NCBI GenBank assembly: GCA_951406725.2
Contig: OX597824.1
Span: forward strand, 6,696,001 to 6,760,000
Direction: 5' to 3'
From: Octopus vulgaris
Taxonomy: Eukaryota
DNA: 64,000 nucleotides
The position numbers were made by a program, and so were the translations under genes. Below, piece after piece: positions 12,206 to 25,890 of the stretch. The notes under the pieces are model-generated. The model did no database searches. It was not told where the DNA came from and saw only the letters and a program-made list of their open reading frames with translations. Numbering within the stretch: the stretch's first letter is position 1; each line of letters starts with the position of its first letter.

Positions 12206-13116
12206 CTGAAATAAATATAAGAGAAAGTTTAAAGCCTATATTCTTAGTATTAAAATGATGCAAAGTTTATTATGGCTGTGCTGTACTTTATATATGTTTC
12301 CGAAGCAAATAACAAGAAGATATTACTGAAAGCCAAGTGGTAGCATTAGTCATAGTAATTCATAAATCTCTTTATAACAGTCTCTGGAAAGCAGCTGCAT
12401 TAATACATAGAATAATATGTTCCTGTGATCAGTTTTTGTTTTCTTAAGAAAATAGATTTTGGGTCTCATACATATACCTACACACACACACTGGTACTTA
12501 ATTTATCGACCCTGAAAGGATGAAAGGCAAATTCGACCTTGGCGGAATTTGACAGTGAATTTATTGTGTTTAAGATGGCAAGAAGAGGAGCCGTGACATT
12601 TTGAGCATGGGTCTTCATCAGAAAGAACAAAGATCTGGAGAGAAGGAAAAGAATATTTAAAAAAAAAGCACAGATGTCGTTACATGACTGGTGGTGGTGG
12701 TGGTGGGGGGGCACTTATGCTCAAACAGATATGGTGTGTGTGTATGCATGTGTGTGTGTGTATACACACACAAACACACATACACACCATATATACTTGA
12801 GTAGGTGTTGCATTTCAGATTTTCAGTTAAAATCAAGCATAAAACAGTGCAACCTATATACAAGTGAATATAGAATACATTAGGAAATCAGAGATGACAA
12901 ACAAGAAAGGAGACAACCCAGGAGAGACTAGCTTTTAACACTTTTTGGAGTAGTTCAATGCTTAAAAGGAAGGGAAAATGTCTTGACATTTTGGACACTA
13001 GTCCTTCAGCAGATGAAAAATATAGAAGAATAAAAAAAGGAGAGTGAAAAAGTGGTTAGAGGAGTGTGTGTGTGTGTGTATACACACATATGAAACAGAA
13101 GTCATTGATGAATTAT

Positions 13117-13344
13117 TTCATCCTTTCGTTACTGTATTTATTTTGAGATGCTCTGTTTCTTTCAATTGATTTTGTATATAACAAAGAATTTAGTAAAATA
13201 ACTTAGTTATCATTAAGCTAGTGTTAGGAACATAAATTGTGACTAAGGTTTGGTGGAAGATTTTAATTCAGAACCTATGAAAACAAAACATTTGTACTAC
13301 AGAGCCAGAGGCAATTTCAGCCGGGTTGGTATCAAAAGGGTTAA
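13117..13344 (-). mobile_element. piggyBac-like MITE
   Basis: Reverse complement of 7915-8145; ends GGGTTAA. Confidence 0.8.
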
Positions 13345-14274
13345 AGGATTAATTGGAGTTGATAAGAAAGAACGAAGGTTTTAAAAGATCAGAATCTATT
13401 TGAATCATAATGAAAATTCTTTGATGTAAGAATCATCAGTCAGTAATTCTAGAGCTTAAGGAATTGTCTGGAAACGTAGCAGCTTATGATTACACTTTTG
13501 AGTGTAGAGGACTTTTGAGAGGAAGAATGAAAGCAAGAAATCCAAGAAAGTTACTTAAAGTGTGAGAAATAAAATCCAGAAGATAAATGCTAAGGATTCA
13601 GTCCAAACTGGGAAAGCCTTTATTCCAGATATTGCAAAACAGGATAAAAAAAATATAATAAATGTAAAAAGTAAAGAAAATTTATGAGAAAGAGACCAAA
13701 CCCCACAGAATAATATCAATAAAAACTTAGAAAATCATGTGAAGAGATAAAGAAAATGTGAGAAAAAGAAAATCAGAAGATATTTAGCACATGTATTCGT
13801 TTAAGAAAAATAAATGGAAATGGTAAAAATTCCAATGGAAAGACTTGGCTCAAAGCTGTAAAATATAAAGAAACAACATGTTAAACACATGCATGTATAC
13901 ATGTTTTGCATTCACATACAATTACTCATACATACAGGCCCAAACATACCTTCACTCTAATGTTGCTTGTAAGACTAAATTGCCTTGTCAACAGTTGTTT
14001 CGTAAATTATTCCCGACAGGAATACCAAAATTTGAATTAATAGATTTGGAATTGTAGTTTATGTTGCTCAATTGCAACAAAATAGAAAACCAGTAACACT
14101 AAAACAGTGACAAACAAAGGCGCTGAAGAAACTGGTAGTTGCCAAAACTTGCTTCAAGATACAACATTGAGGTCAGAAAGGGGAAACTCTAGATCAAAAG
14201 TAGACTAGCTAAGTTAGCAAATACATTGAAGAATCTAATGGAAATTTCAAATAACACAAAAAAAGTACATGCAT

Positions 14275-14313
<39 letters not shown>

Positions 14314-15379
14314 TATGCCTAGCAAACCTTAAGTAATAGTGCTTTCAAGGAATTTTTGAAATATTTGGCACCTCAAATAGCCAAGGCAATTTTCATAGCT
14401 TTGAGAAAAATTTGGCTATGAGTAATAAGTTTATTTTTAACCTTAAATTTTAGCTTTCTACCAGTGAACTTCATGGACTTAATTCAATCTTCTTGTCTAC
14501 ATTAATTACCTGTTTCTCATCACCTTTAATCACATACTCTCTTACCACAGGTACAATCTCACCCCTCACTTCTTTCATACCGTCTTAATCTTGCAAAACC
14601 GACAACAGATCCTTCACCAATTATTAATAATGGCCAAGTCTCCTACAATTTAATTCCTAATGTAGGCCGAAGGCCAGCAATTCTGAGCTGTTGGGTTAGT
14701 TAGACTATTACCTCAACCCCCCAACACTTGATTGATACTTCATTTTATTTGGAGGGAAAGGAAACAAAGATGTCGTTGGCAGGATTTGAACACAGAATGC
14801 AAAAGACCTAGAACAAATGCAGAAGGCATTTTACCTAATGCTCTAATGAGTTGAGCAATTCCCCCATGAATTACAATAATTCTTTCAACAACAGGCACAG
14901 GGCCTGAAATTTTTGGTGACGAGTCAAGTTGATTACATCAACCCCCCAGTATACAACCGGTATGTATTTTAATCGACCCTGATAGGATGAAAGGCAATGT
15001 CAAGCTTGGGAGAATTCGACACAAGTCACAAAAGTGGACAAAATGGTATTAAGCATTTTGTCCAACATGCGAATGTTTCTGCCATTTCACGGCCTCAATG
15101 ACAACAACAACAACAACAACGATAATAACAATTCTTTCTTATTTTAGCACAATGCCAGCAAGCCCAATGGGAAGGGTTGAAGTCAATTACACTGCCCCCT
15201 GGTGTTCAATTGCTTTTTATTTCCCCAACCCCAAAAGATGAAAGACAAAGTGAACCTTGGTGAAATTGGAACTCAGAACGTAAACGATGACAAAATACTG
15301 GTAAGCATTTAGTCAGGTGTGCTAATGATTCTACCAGCTCATCACCTTAATAATGATGATGGTGATAATAATAATAATC

Positions 15380-15763
15380 ATCATCATCATCGTTTAACGT
15401 CCGCTTTCCATGCTAGCATGGGTTGGACGGTTCGACCGGGGTCTGGGAAGCCAGAAGGCTGCACCAGGCCCAGTCTGATCTGCCAGTGTTTCTACAGCTG
15501 GATGCCCTTCCTAACGCCAACCACTCTGAGAGTGTAGTGGGTGCTTTTACGTGCCACCAGCATGGGGGCCAGATGAGGCTGGCACATAAAAAGTACCCAC
15601 TACACTCACGGAGTTGTTGGCGTTAGGAAGGGCATCCAGCTGTAGAAACACTGCCAGATCAGACTGGAGCCTGGTGCAGCCTCCTGGCTTCCTAGAACCC
15701 GGTCGAACCGTCCAACCCATGCTAGCATGGAAAGCGGACGCTAAACGATGATGTTGATGATGA
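15380..15763. mobile_element. Inverted pair of family C retroposons (fold-back)
   Basis: ~175-bp complementary arms, ~22-nt spacer. Confidence 0.85.
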
Positions 15764-15765
15764 TT

Positions 15766-16170
15766 CTCTTTTACTCTTTTACTTGTTTCAGTCATTTGAC
15801 TGTGACCATGCTGGAGCAGCGCCTTTAGTCAAACAAATTGACCCCAGGATTTATTCTTTGGAAGCCTAGTACTTATTCTATCGGTCTCTTTTGCCGAACT
15901 GCTAAGTTACGGGGACCTAAACACACCAGCATAGGTTGTCAAGTGATGTTGGGGGGACAAACACAGACACACAAACATATACACACACATACATATATAT
16001 ATACATATATATGACAGGCTTCTTTCAGTTCTCGTCTACCAAATCCACTCACAAGGCATTGGTCGGCCCGGGGCTATAGCAGAAGACACTTGCCCAAGAT
16101 GCCACGCAGTGGGACTGAACCCGGAACCATGTGGTTGGTGAGCAAGCTACTTACCACACAGCCACTCCTA
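15766..16170 (-). mobile_element. SINE family A
   Basis: Reverse complement of 9042-9450. Confidence 0.85.
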
Positions 16171-16879
16171 CACCAATGATGATGATTTTTAAATACTCTC
16201 TACTCCACTCCCTCCCACCCAGAACCACGCATTTCTCTGGTGCATTCGTCTGTCACCCAATACAAATCAAACGAAAAAAAAATGAGCAAAAGGTAATTGC
16301 ATATTCATATACTGCAGAAATTCTGTCAATAACCGAGTTTGATTACAGCCGTCCAATATGTCATGGAAATAAAACACACAGTGAAAACGAAACACAATTT
16401 CGTCGAAATAACTGTGATGAATACAATTATATATGTGCAAAAAAAAAAAGAAGAAAAATGCCTCACAAAAAGTGTGTAAGAGGATGCATGGTGGTTAAGT
16501 GTGATGGGGGTGGGGGGATTAGTAGATAAAAAGTAATATGCCATCCAGAAGCAATTATTGAAGTAACCATTGCTAGGAACTATGCAATTTCTGAGTGCAA
16601 ATTTACCAGAGAGGGAAAGACGGAAAGCGAAAGTAGAGCACGTGATGTCAGAAATGTGGTTGCTTTGCCAGATGACAGCGTAATTAAAGACGGAGAATAG
16701 CGGGATAAGTAAATGATAGGTCGGCTCAAGAGAGTGAGGGAGAAGGAGAGAGTGGGGGAGATACTGGGAAAGAGGAGTTCCTGGAAACTGGGCATGGGTA
16801 AAAATCCTTTTTTAAAAATTCATGGAATTGGAAGGACCAGTAAGAAAATTCAGAAAAATTGGATTTGTTAACATCCCCA

Positions 16880-17215
16880 AACTGGCTCCCGTGCTGGTGG
16901 CACGTAAAAAGCACCTTCTGAATGTGGTTGAAGCTAGTGCCCCCCCGCCTGGCTCCTGCACCAGTGGCACATAAAAGGCACCTTCTCAATGTGGTCGATG
17001 CCAGTGCTCCCTGACTAGCTCAAATGCTGGTGGCATGTAAAAAGCACCCACTACACTCTCAGAGTAGTTGGCATTAGGAAGGGCATCCAAGTGTACAAAC
17101 CTTGCCAGATCAGATTGAGCCTGGTGCAGCCTCCTGGCTTGCCAGTCCTCAGTCAAATCGTTCAATCCATGCCAGCATGGAAAGCAGAAGTTAAACAATG
17201 ATGATGATGATGATG
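16880..17215 (+). mobile_element. Retroposon family C
   Basis: Consensus match with (GAT)n tail. Confidence 0.75.
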
Positions 17216-18014
17216 AAAATATTACATGAATATTATAATGATAATGATAATAATGGTTTTTAATTCAAGCAGAAGTATAGCAATTTTAAGATGAAAGGTT
17301 TAGTTTATTCCACCAACTCCAGTACCTAACTGGCACCTTATAACATCAACCAGAAAAGGATGACTTTGAACTCAGAATGAAAAGAGCCAAAATGCATTTG
17401 GCCCACACTCTAATAAGTTCACCATTCATCATCCTTATCATGATCATCATTCTTATCTTTTCTACTATAGGCACAAGGCCTGAAATTTTAGGGGAATTGG
17501 CTTCATAAATTACATTGACCCCCACCCCAGTGATCAACTGGTACTTATTTTATTGACCTCGAAAGAATGAAAAGCAAAGTTGACCTTAGTGGCATTTGAA
17601 CTCAGAACCCAAATACTCAAAAACATAAACAGCACTAAGCATTTTGGTGAGGGTGCTGATGGAACTGCCAGTTTCCCATCTCCAAGACAATAATAATAGC
17701 AACAACAACAATGACAATTGTATCAAATTATATAATAAAGGGGTCAAGAAAATGATGAAAATATATATGTAAAGGTGAGCTATTCGAAATGATAGAGTAC
17801 TTCATGAATAGAACACAACAGGTAATAACCTGAAATAAAACAAGCAACACACATAAAACAACCAAATAACAAAAGTAAGGATGAATGCCTTGCTTACATC
17901 TACCTGCTCTTTCATCTTGTTAACGATCCATTCATGAAATGAAAGGTAAATTATGTTTGCGCTTATAATCAGTTAAGCAAATGAAACCAAAAAGTATTCA
18001 GTGCTTGTTTGTTT

Positions 18015-18515
18015 ATATCTTTTACTGGTTTCAGTCGTTTGACTGTGGCCATGCTGGAGCACTGCCTTCAGTCGAATGAAACGACCCCCAGAACTTATTC
18101 TTTGTAAACACCACATCAACTGTCAAGTGATGGTGGTGGTGGTGGTGGTGGGAGGGGACAAACACTGACACACAAATATATATATATATATATATATGCA
18201 TATATATATACACATAAATATATACATATATATGACGGGCTTCTTTAAGTTTCTTATTTCTTTATTGCCCACAAGGGGCTAAACATAGATGGGACAAACA
18301 AGGACAGACAAAGACATTAAGTCAATTACATCGACCCCAGTGCACAACTGGTACTTAATTAATTCTTTCAGTTTCTGTCTACCAAATCTACTCACAAGGC
18401 TTTGGTCGGCTCGAGGCTATAGTAGAAGACACTTGCCCAAGGTGTTTTCACAGTGGGACTGAACTAGGAACCATGTGGTTGGGAAGCAAGCTTCTTACCA
18501 CACAGCCCTTGCCTG
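18015..18515 (-). mobile_element. SINE family A with nested family B fragment (18255-18362)
   Basis: Family A consensus interrupted at TTCTTT. Confidence 0.75.
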
Positions 18516-19235
18516 CTTGTGATGAAGAAAACAAAAAAAAACAAAAAAAAGTTTGTAGCTAAGATTTGAACTTATACCAAAGCAGTCCAGCAAATTTGAA
18601 CCGATAGCGCTCCAGCTGAGAAGTCCAGCATCAATTTAAAACAAAAGTAAATAAATTCTAGTTTGAGCCGTTTGTGAACTGTTTTATGCGTTTATAACGA
18701 AGTTCTTTGAAGTGTAAAAGACACCAAGGAGTAAACGAAGATTACAAGAATATACAATTTAACTATAATAAGTAAAAAAACAACCTCATTGAGAGTTGCA
18801 TCAAAGAGGGAAATGTTTATAAGACTTAATGTAATTTCTGTAGCAGTGTTTTGAAGATATGCATGAGAAAAATATAACACAACAATTAGAAATGTATATC
18901 TTCACTTATTTAGAATACAGTAATATTTTATCAGTTTTTAATCATTAAATTTAATTAATTTCCTTTGGTGTGTAAAAATTAGAAATATTTCTAACAGGAT
19001 TTCGAAACAGAGATATACAAAGAAATATTGGGTAGGTGCATAGTATACGTGCACATGTGTGTGCAAAGCTGCAAGTGTAAAAACAAGTTGGACAACATGG
19101 TACTTGATATGAAAGGCAGAGTCAAATAACGAAATTTATTTTATTGAAGTTGAAAAACTTCACAAGTCATTACTCCAAGCTTCTATACTTGGAGTAACAG
19201 TCTCCAGCTTCAACAAAAATTAATATCTATCCAAT

Positions 19236-19320
19236 TACATGCACACACACACACATATCCATATATATATGTATACATTTATATATATACATATATATCC
19301 ATATATACAGATATAGATAT

Positions 19321-19405
<85 letters not shown>

Positions 19406-20051
19406 CTTATATATATATATATATCCATATATATATATAAATAAAATAAATATATATATATATATATATGAATGTAGATACACCCATAAACAGGCACATA
19501 TATTTACTGTCTGAAGAAAGTAATCTGACACATTTTCTTCCTGAAAATTCTTTGTTTTCCTTCTAAAACTAGAAGAGTAATGCAATCCTATTCATTGATT
19601 TGTTACCAATTGTAGAATAACTTCGGTTACATTAAATGTCTTGTTATTATCCCTTTCACACGCACACACACACACCTATGAAATCTCTAAGAAATTAAAG
19701 TTAAAAATCTGCTTGCAGGTAAAATACAGAAGCAAGAAAAAGATTATCAACTTTTGTCTATGATGATGTTGATGATGATGATGATGATGTTGATGATGAT
19801 GAAATTAGAAATGGAAAATAATTGCACAGAATTTCCAAAGTTAAATAATTGTCTAAGACAACTTTCACACACACACACACACACACACGCATATATGTAT
19901 ATATATATATATATATATACATACTTCTATATATATAAGTGTGTATATACATACACATATGTGTATACTTATATATGTGCATACATATATATAAGTATAT
20001 ACATACACACACACATATATAATTATATATGTATATACATGTGTGTGTGTG

Positions 20052-20092
<41 letters not shown>

Positions 20093-20110
20093 TAATATAT
20101 TTATATAATT
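19236..20110. repeat. Compound (TA)n/(CA)n/(GAT)n microsatellite blocks
   Basis: Direct observation. Confidence 0.9.
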
Positions 20111-20644
20111 ATTAATGTTAATATTTTCATTTTTATTATAAAAATATTTTGATTAAATGAATTAGTGGTTGATATTTGTTAACGACAGTCTTAATAAACA
20201 GACTCATAAATGCAAGAGAAAAAAAAAAGTCCCCTCAAATGATTCGATATTTGAAATGATCGGACATATTTACAAGTCAGCTATTTATTTCAATGGAAAC
20301 AACATCCGTAAGTCTAATTACCACAGAATCTTAATGGTTGTGGTGACAGTTTCAGAAAAATTGTCCATTGAAAGAAGAAAGTCATTATTCAGAATAGCAA
20401 TCAAATAAAATACCAATTAGTCATAACATGTCAGGTGTTTATTTAATTTATGTTTAGTCGCATTTAGGTAGCTGATCAAATAAATAATAAATAATCTGGT
20501 TGTGTTAATTGGTGATGTTGGTAGATCTTTGTTGCTTGACAATGGAGAATCAGTAGCACAATCAACAGAGATGAGAGGGATTCTTTGGGGTTTGAATAAT
20601 TCACCTCTGGAAACATGGGTGGTTCTTTCAACATCTTTAAACAA

Positions 20645-20897
20645 CCCTTATTTAGGGAACTTTTGATTGGGATGGGCTACTCAACCAGAAGAAAATTCTA
20701 ACTGGGCCCCACCTGCAAGATCATGTACTGTTTATTTTGATATGAGATCACTATGTTGCGCACATATGGTTGTGATGCATGTGCCTGCTGCACCCTTATC
20801 AGACGGGTAGTCATGATGGGTATACTGGATTTCATATGACTGTACCCCAGTGTCACTTTGATGGCATGCACTGCTCTCTCACTCAATAATAATAATG

Positions 20898-20945
<48 letters not shown>
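20645..20945 (+). mobile_element. Probable (TAA)n-tailed retroelement 3' UTR fragment
   Basis: GC-richer segment ending CTCTCACTC directly into (AAT)n; no coding motif seen. Confidence 0.45.
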
Positions 20946-21449
20946 CATAATCGTTTCTACTAAATAGGCACAAGGCATGAAATTTTGGGGGAGGGTTTGT
21001 AGTCGATTACATTGACCCCAGTGCGAAACAGGTACTTATTTCATCAACCTTGAAAGGATGAAAGGCAAAGTTGACCTCAGTAGCATTTGAACAACAACAA
21101 CAGCAACATCATCATCATCAACAGCAGCAGCAACAACAACAACAACAACAACATTTGTTCTTTACATAGGCAAAAGGCCTGAAATTTGAGGGAGGGGGTT
21201 ACTCAATAAAATCAACACAGTACTTGACATCTGCTTTTATCCTATTAGAACCCAGAGAAATGGAACGTAAAATTAACTTTGGCAGGATTTGAACTTAGAA
21301 ATTTAGTTTTGTTTTAAGTAAAAAGTTTAAAATAAAGTTTTTAGATTTGAAATTCAATCATTAACATTTAATCCCCAGCTAAACATTAACTAAGAAAGCT
21401 ATAATGATCAGAAGCACTCCACTTCTGAGAGTCCTGTTTTTTTTTTAAA

Positions 21450-21710
21450 GCACCATCTGAATGTGGCCAATGCCAGCACTACCCGACCGGTGTCTGTGTC
21501 TGTGACACATAAAAAGCACCAACTGATCATGGCTGATTGCCAGCCTCCTCTGGCCCCTGTGCCGGTGGCATGTAAAAAGCACCCACTACACTCACAAAGT
21601 GGTTGGCATTAGGAAGAGCATCCAGCTGTAGAAACACTACCAGATAGATCAGACTGGAGCCTGGCACAGCCTCCTGGCTTCCCAGACCCCGGTCAAACCA
21701 TCCAACCCAT
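21450..21710 (+). mobile_element. Retroposon family C
   Basis: Consensus match; another copy at 24490-24770. Confidence 0.75.
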
Positions 21711-22586
21711 CATCTTTCTTTTGAAAAGGATAAGAGTATGATTTGAGGGATTTTGCCTGCTATTTCCAGCAGTCTTGATTCATTAGTTTGTCAGCTGCTG
21801 AAACTTTGACTGCAGCGTAAATCTCAGCAAACACCAGCCTCTATCAGTTTATATATCATGATGCTTCAAGATATGTTGATATTTCGCTGTCAGAGACAAA
21901 TAGCATGAAAGCACCGATATCAAACACATTGGAGGCATCTCCATCCGTTGCAATCAGGCAGGATAAATTGATTTTAAATACCTGTCAGAAATACACATTT
22001 TCAAAGACCGACGCCGATGTGAAAATTTTGCAGCGGATTCTTCACAGATGCTTAACATCTATAAAGAATAGGTAACAATGATTCCTATGTTCCTCAACAT
22101 CTTCCTCTCTGGCTGATAAAACATGGAAAACGATAACGCAGCTTAGTGAAGCTTATACGCAGGACTTTAGGATAATGATTTGTCAATTAATAACTCATTA
22201 AAATCTATTAGCATTATGAAAATGCTGCAAACAGACCAGAAATATTCGCTTTTATTTTGAACCATGTTTTATCTGTTACGGCAAATTTGTTATTAGTATA
22301 ATGAATGATGGCTTAATTAACACTATTATTAGAACAATCAAACATCTGAAGACTGGGTCCAAGAATTCGCCTGTATTGTGTTTCAGGAAGGAAATGGAAG
22401 CACTGGAATGTAATTAGTTAGACTGTATAATATTAAAATAAAATTGTCAGAACAGGTCTATATTTAAGAGATGAGGAATTATGTACATTATTTACATTAT
22501 TTACATTATTTACATTTGACGGATATTTGTCCTCATCTTGTTTTGTTGTTAACACAACGTTTCAGCTGATATACCCTCCATCCCAC

Positions 22587-22659
22587 GGGCATATGGCGCA
22601 GTGGTTAAGAGTGCAGGTTACTAACCCCAAGATTCCGAGTTCGATTCCAAGCAGTGACC
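22587..22659 (+). promoter_or_regulatory. tRNA-like segment with Pol III A and B boxes inside the PLE repeat
   Basis: TGGCGCAGTGG and GAGTTCGATTCC at tRNA spacing; imperfect cloverleaf, no CCA. Confidence 0.65.
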
Positions 22660-22679
22660 TGAGTAATAATAATAATAAT

Positions 22680-22988
<309 letters not shown>

Positions 22989-23040
22989 CAACATCGAAAA
23001 ATACCTTAGGAATGAGAACCCAGGTTCGAAATTTCCCCAA

Positions 23041-23086
23041 GGCACCTGAAGAAGGCTGGAGGGTATGTCAGCCGAAATGTTGTGTT
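23041..23086 (+). ncRNA. Minimal type I hammerhead motif in PLE repeat
   Basis: GGCAC-CTGAAGA-A-GGCTG(10 nt)CAGCC-GAA-ATGT-T-GTGTT. Confidence 0.7.
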
Positions 23087-23177
23087 AACAACAAAACAAG
23101 ATGAGGACAAATATCCATCAAATGTAAATAATGTACATAATTCCTTGTCTCTTAAATATAGAAATGTCTCATATTTG

Positions 23178-23216
<39 letters not shown>

Positions 23217-23710
23217 TATACATTCTTGTTAAATTTATTTTCCAATCCGGATATTAAGTTATGATCTCGCATCACAGAAATAGAAAATAATATTTATCAC
23301 TCCTAAACTTGGAGGAATTTTGATGTGGCAGCATTTTTAACTACCAATTTATTTCATCTCCCTTTAAAGGTATTTTTTTTTAATATTTCCAGTATTATTT
23401 TTTTTAGCTCTGTATAAATCATTTAAACACTTTCATATTTACAAAAATACATTACTCACAACCATTTCCATTTCACCTCAGAACTTCCTTTTTATGTCTT
23501 ACATATGATCATATGATATATTATTTCTAATCTTGTCAGAAGTAAATCTGAATATAGCCTTCTTGTTTATTGTTAACAGCTTGCAAGGTATTTTTTTCCC
23601 CGTTTAAGATAACATGTGTTGGTTTGAAAATTGCATGTTTGATATACCATGATGATTACTCTGAGATGGTTGATAATTGCAAAAAACATTTATGTAATAT
23701 ACATTTAGTA

Positions 23711-24105
23711 TAGGAGTGGCTGTGTGGTAAGTAGCTTGTTTACCAACCAAATGGTTCCGGGTTCAGTCCCACTGTGTGGCACATTGGGCAAGTATCTTCT
23801 ACTATAGCCTCGGGCCAACCAAAGCCTTGTGAGTGGATTTGGTAGAAGGAAACTGAAAGAAGCCTGTCGTATATATGTATATATATTGTGTGTGTATATG
23901 TTTGCGTGTCTGTGTTTGTCCCTCCAACATCGCTTGACAACCAATGCTGATGTGTTTACATCCCCGTAACTTAGCGGTTCGGCAAAAGAGACCGATAGAA
24001 TAAGTACTGGGTTTACAAAGAATAAGTCCTGGGATCGATTTGCTCGACTAAAGGCGGTGCTCCAGCATGGCCACAGTCAAATGACTGAAACAAGTAAAAG
24101 AGTAA
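23711..24105 (+). mobile_element. SINE family A
   Basis: Consensus match; flanked by the direct repeat GTAATATACATTTAGTAT. Confidence 0.85.
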
Positions 24106-25424
24106 TATACATTTAGTATGTGTCCTTTTTGGGGTTTTTTTTTTTTGTTGCTTCATTTGTTGAGTTTAGTGGAAGAGGCAGTGCCAATAGCAACTGCTGG
24201 CCCTCCCCTGAGACTGTTAAATTTAATGCTTTTAATGTTTTGTTTAAATTGTCATAAGCTAATAGCTGTAGGAAAGGCATGAGCAGAGGCAGTGGTTTGA
24301 GCGGAGCTGGTGGATGGGTGTGGATGCAAAAAGGGTGATAAGAGGTGGAGAGATAGCTGGGGTCGGAGTAGCCTGAATAGTGAAAGTATGAGTCTGGTCA
24401 ATCTGAGGAACACAGGTCATTAGAGTAGTAATAGAAAGCATGAACAGGGGACAGCACACCTGTAAGGTAGAGGTTGGAGCATTTCCATTAAAAAGCATCC
24501 AGTCCACACTGTAAAGTGGTTGGTGTTTGGAAGGGCATCCAGCTGTAAAAACCTTGCCAAAACTGACCTCACCTGTGCTTGTGCTATGTAAGAAGCACTA
24601 TGTCCACTTTGCTGAGTGGTTGGTGTTAAGAAGGGCATCCAGCTGTAAAAATCCTGCCAAAACTGTCACAGAAGTCTGGTGCAGGCTTCTGCCTGGCTGG
24701 CTCTTGTCAAACTGTCCCACCCATGCTAGCATGGAAGGTGGACGTTAAACGATGATGATGACGATGATTGAATGTCAATCAGTCAAGTGGTTCTTCTTTG
24801 GAAGCAGTGCAGGATATATATATATATATATTAGATAAAGATAGTTGTGGCCAGTCTATGGGGTTATCCAGGGTTTCACATCCATAAAGTGCTTAGATTT
24901 AAAGTGTCTCTTCAGACTTTAATGGCTGGTGCCAAACCATTAATTAATGAGAATATGATTAACCAACACTAGCTGTCAAGTGGTGGTGGGGAAACACAAC
25001 ACAAAGATTCAAAGACAGGTATATATATACATATATATACATATGCCAGCCCTAACTTACGGCACCAAACACTGTCACTTGATACTAACACATGGACGTA
25101 GAAGGGAACTTACAAAAATTTCTAAGACCATTCATGTAACTACCCTCTACCAATCAAGTCCTATTCAAAATATATTACTAGTGGGACCCATGAACTCCCT
25201 ATAAAAATAAGGCAAGCTTCAAACACTAGTCAGAAGCAAGACGACTACAACATAAGCCACGTCTTCCTATTTCAACTCTTTGAAAATCAGTGTAAACTGA
25301 AACCGGTTAAATCTTTAAATAATAAAAAAATATTTTGACTCATCTCAGTGCATTTCACACTTCTATTTTTCCTATATTTCTACCAGGGTGGAATAAAATA
25401 ACTTTGTGTGTGTGTGTGTGTGTA

Positions 25425-25890
25425 AAGGTGCATTGTTTAGTGGTAAGGGTATTGCCTTCACAATTGCGAGATCGTGGGTTTGATTTCCAGAATGGGTGTT
25501 GTGTTGTGCTCTAGAGCAAAGCACTTCATATCATGCTGCTCGGCAATCATTTCATCATCTGACATGTGGCACCTGTTACACCTGTACAGGTAATGTCAAT
25601 CTGAGGGAGGGAGTGAGCTTGTGTCCGCACAAACATTTGATCACTATAAACAAATCATCTGTGTGGTTGTTTAGTAAGAGCTTGTTGAACCCTCATGCTT
25701 CATCGAATGATGGGAGAGCCCATCACATATATACATACACAAACACACATATGATGGGTTTCTTTCAGATTCTGTACACAAAACTTACTCACAAGACATT
25801 GGCAAGCCTAGGGCTATAATAGAAAATTCTTGCTTTAGGTGCCATGTAGAAGGATTGAACCCAAGACCACGCACAACGATGCCTGTGTCT
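25425..25890. mobile_element. Degenerate SINEs (tRNA-headed copy on +, family A fragment on -)
   Basis: A/B-box remnants and partial consensus similarity. Confidence 0.55.

Noticed and set aside
21981-22058. Minus-strand exon-like segment MLSICEESAAK...
   Set aside because: No MON2 similarity and its length would shift the frame.
22587-22659. Functional tRNA gene (also 36916 and SINE heads)
   Set aside because: Mismatched acceptor stem, no terminator, embedded in repeats.
25275-25315. Possible hammerhead (TTGAAAA...CTGAAACCGGTT)
   Set aside because: Too many core deviations to support.
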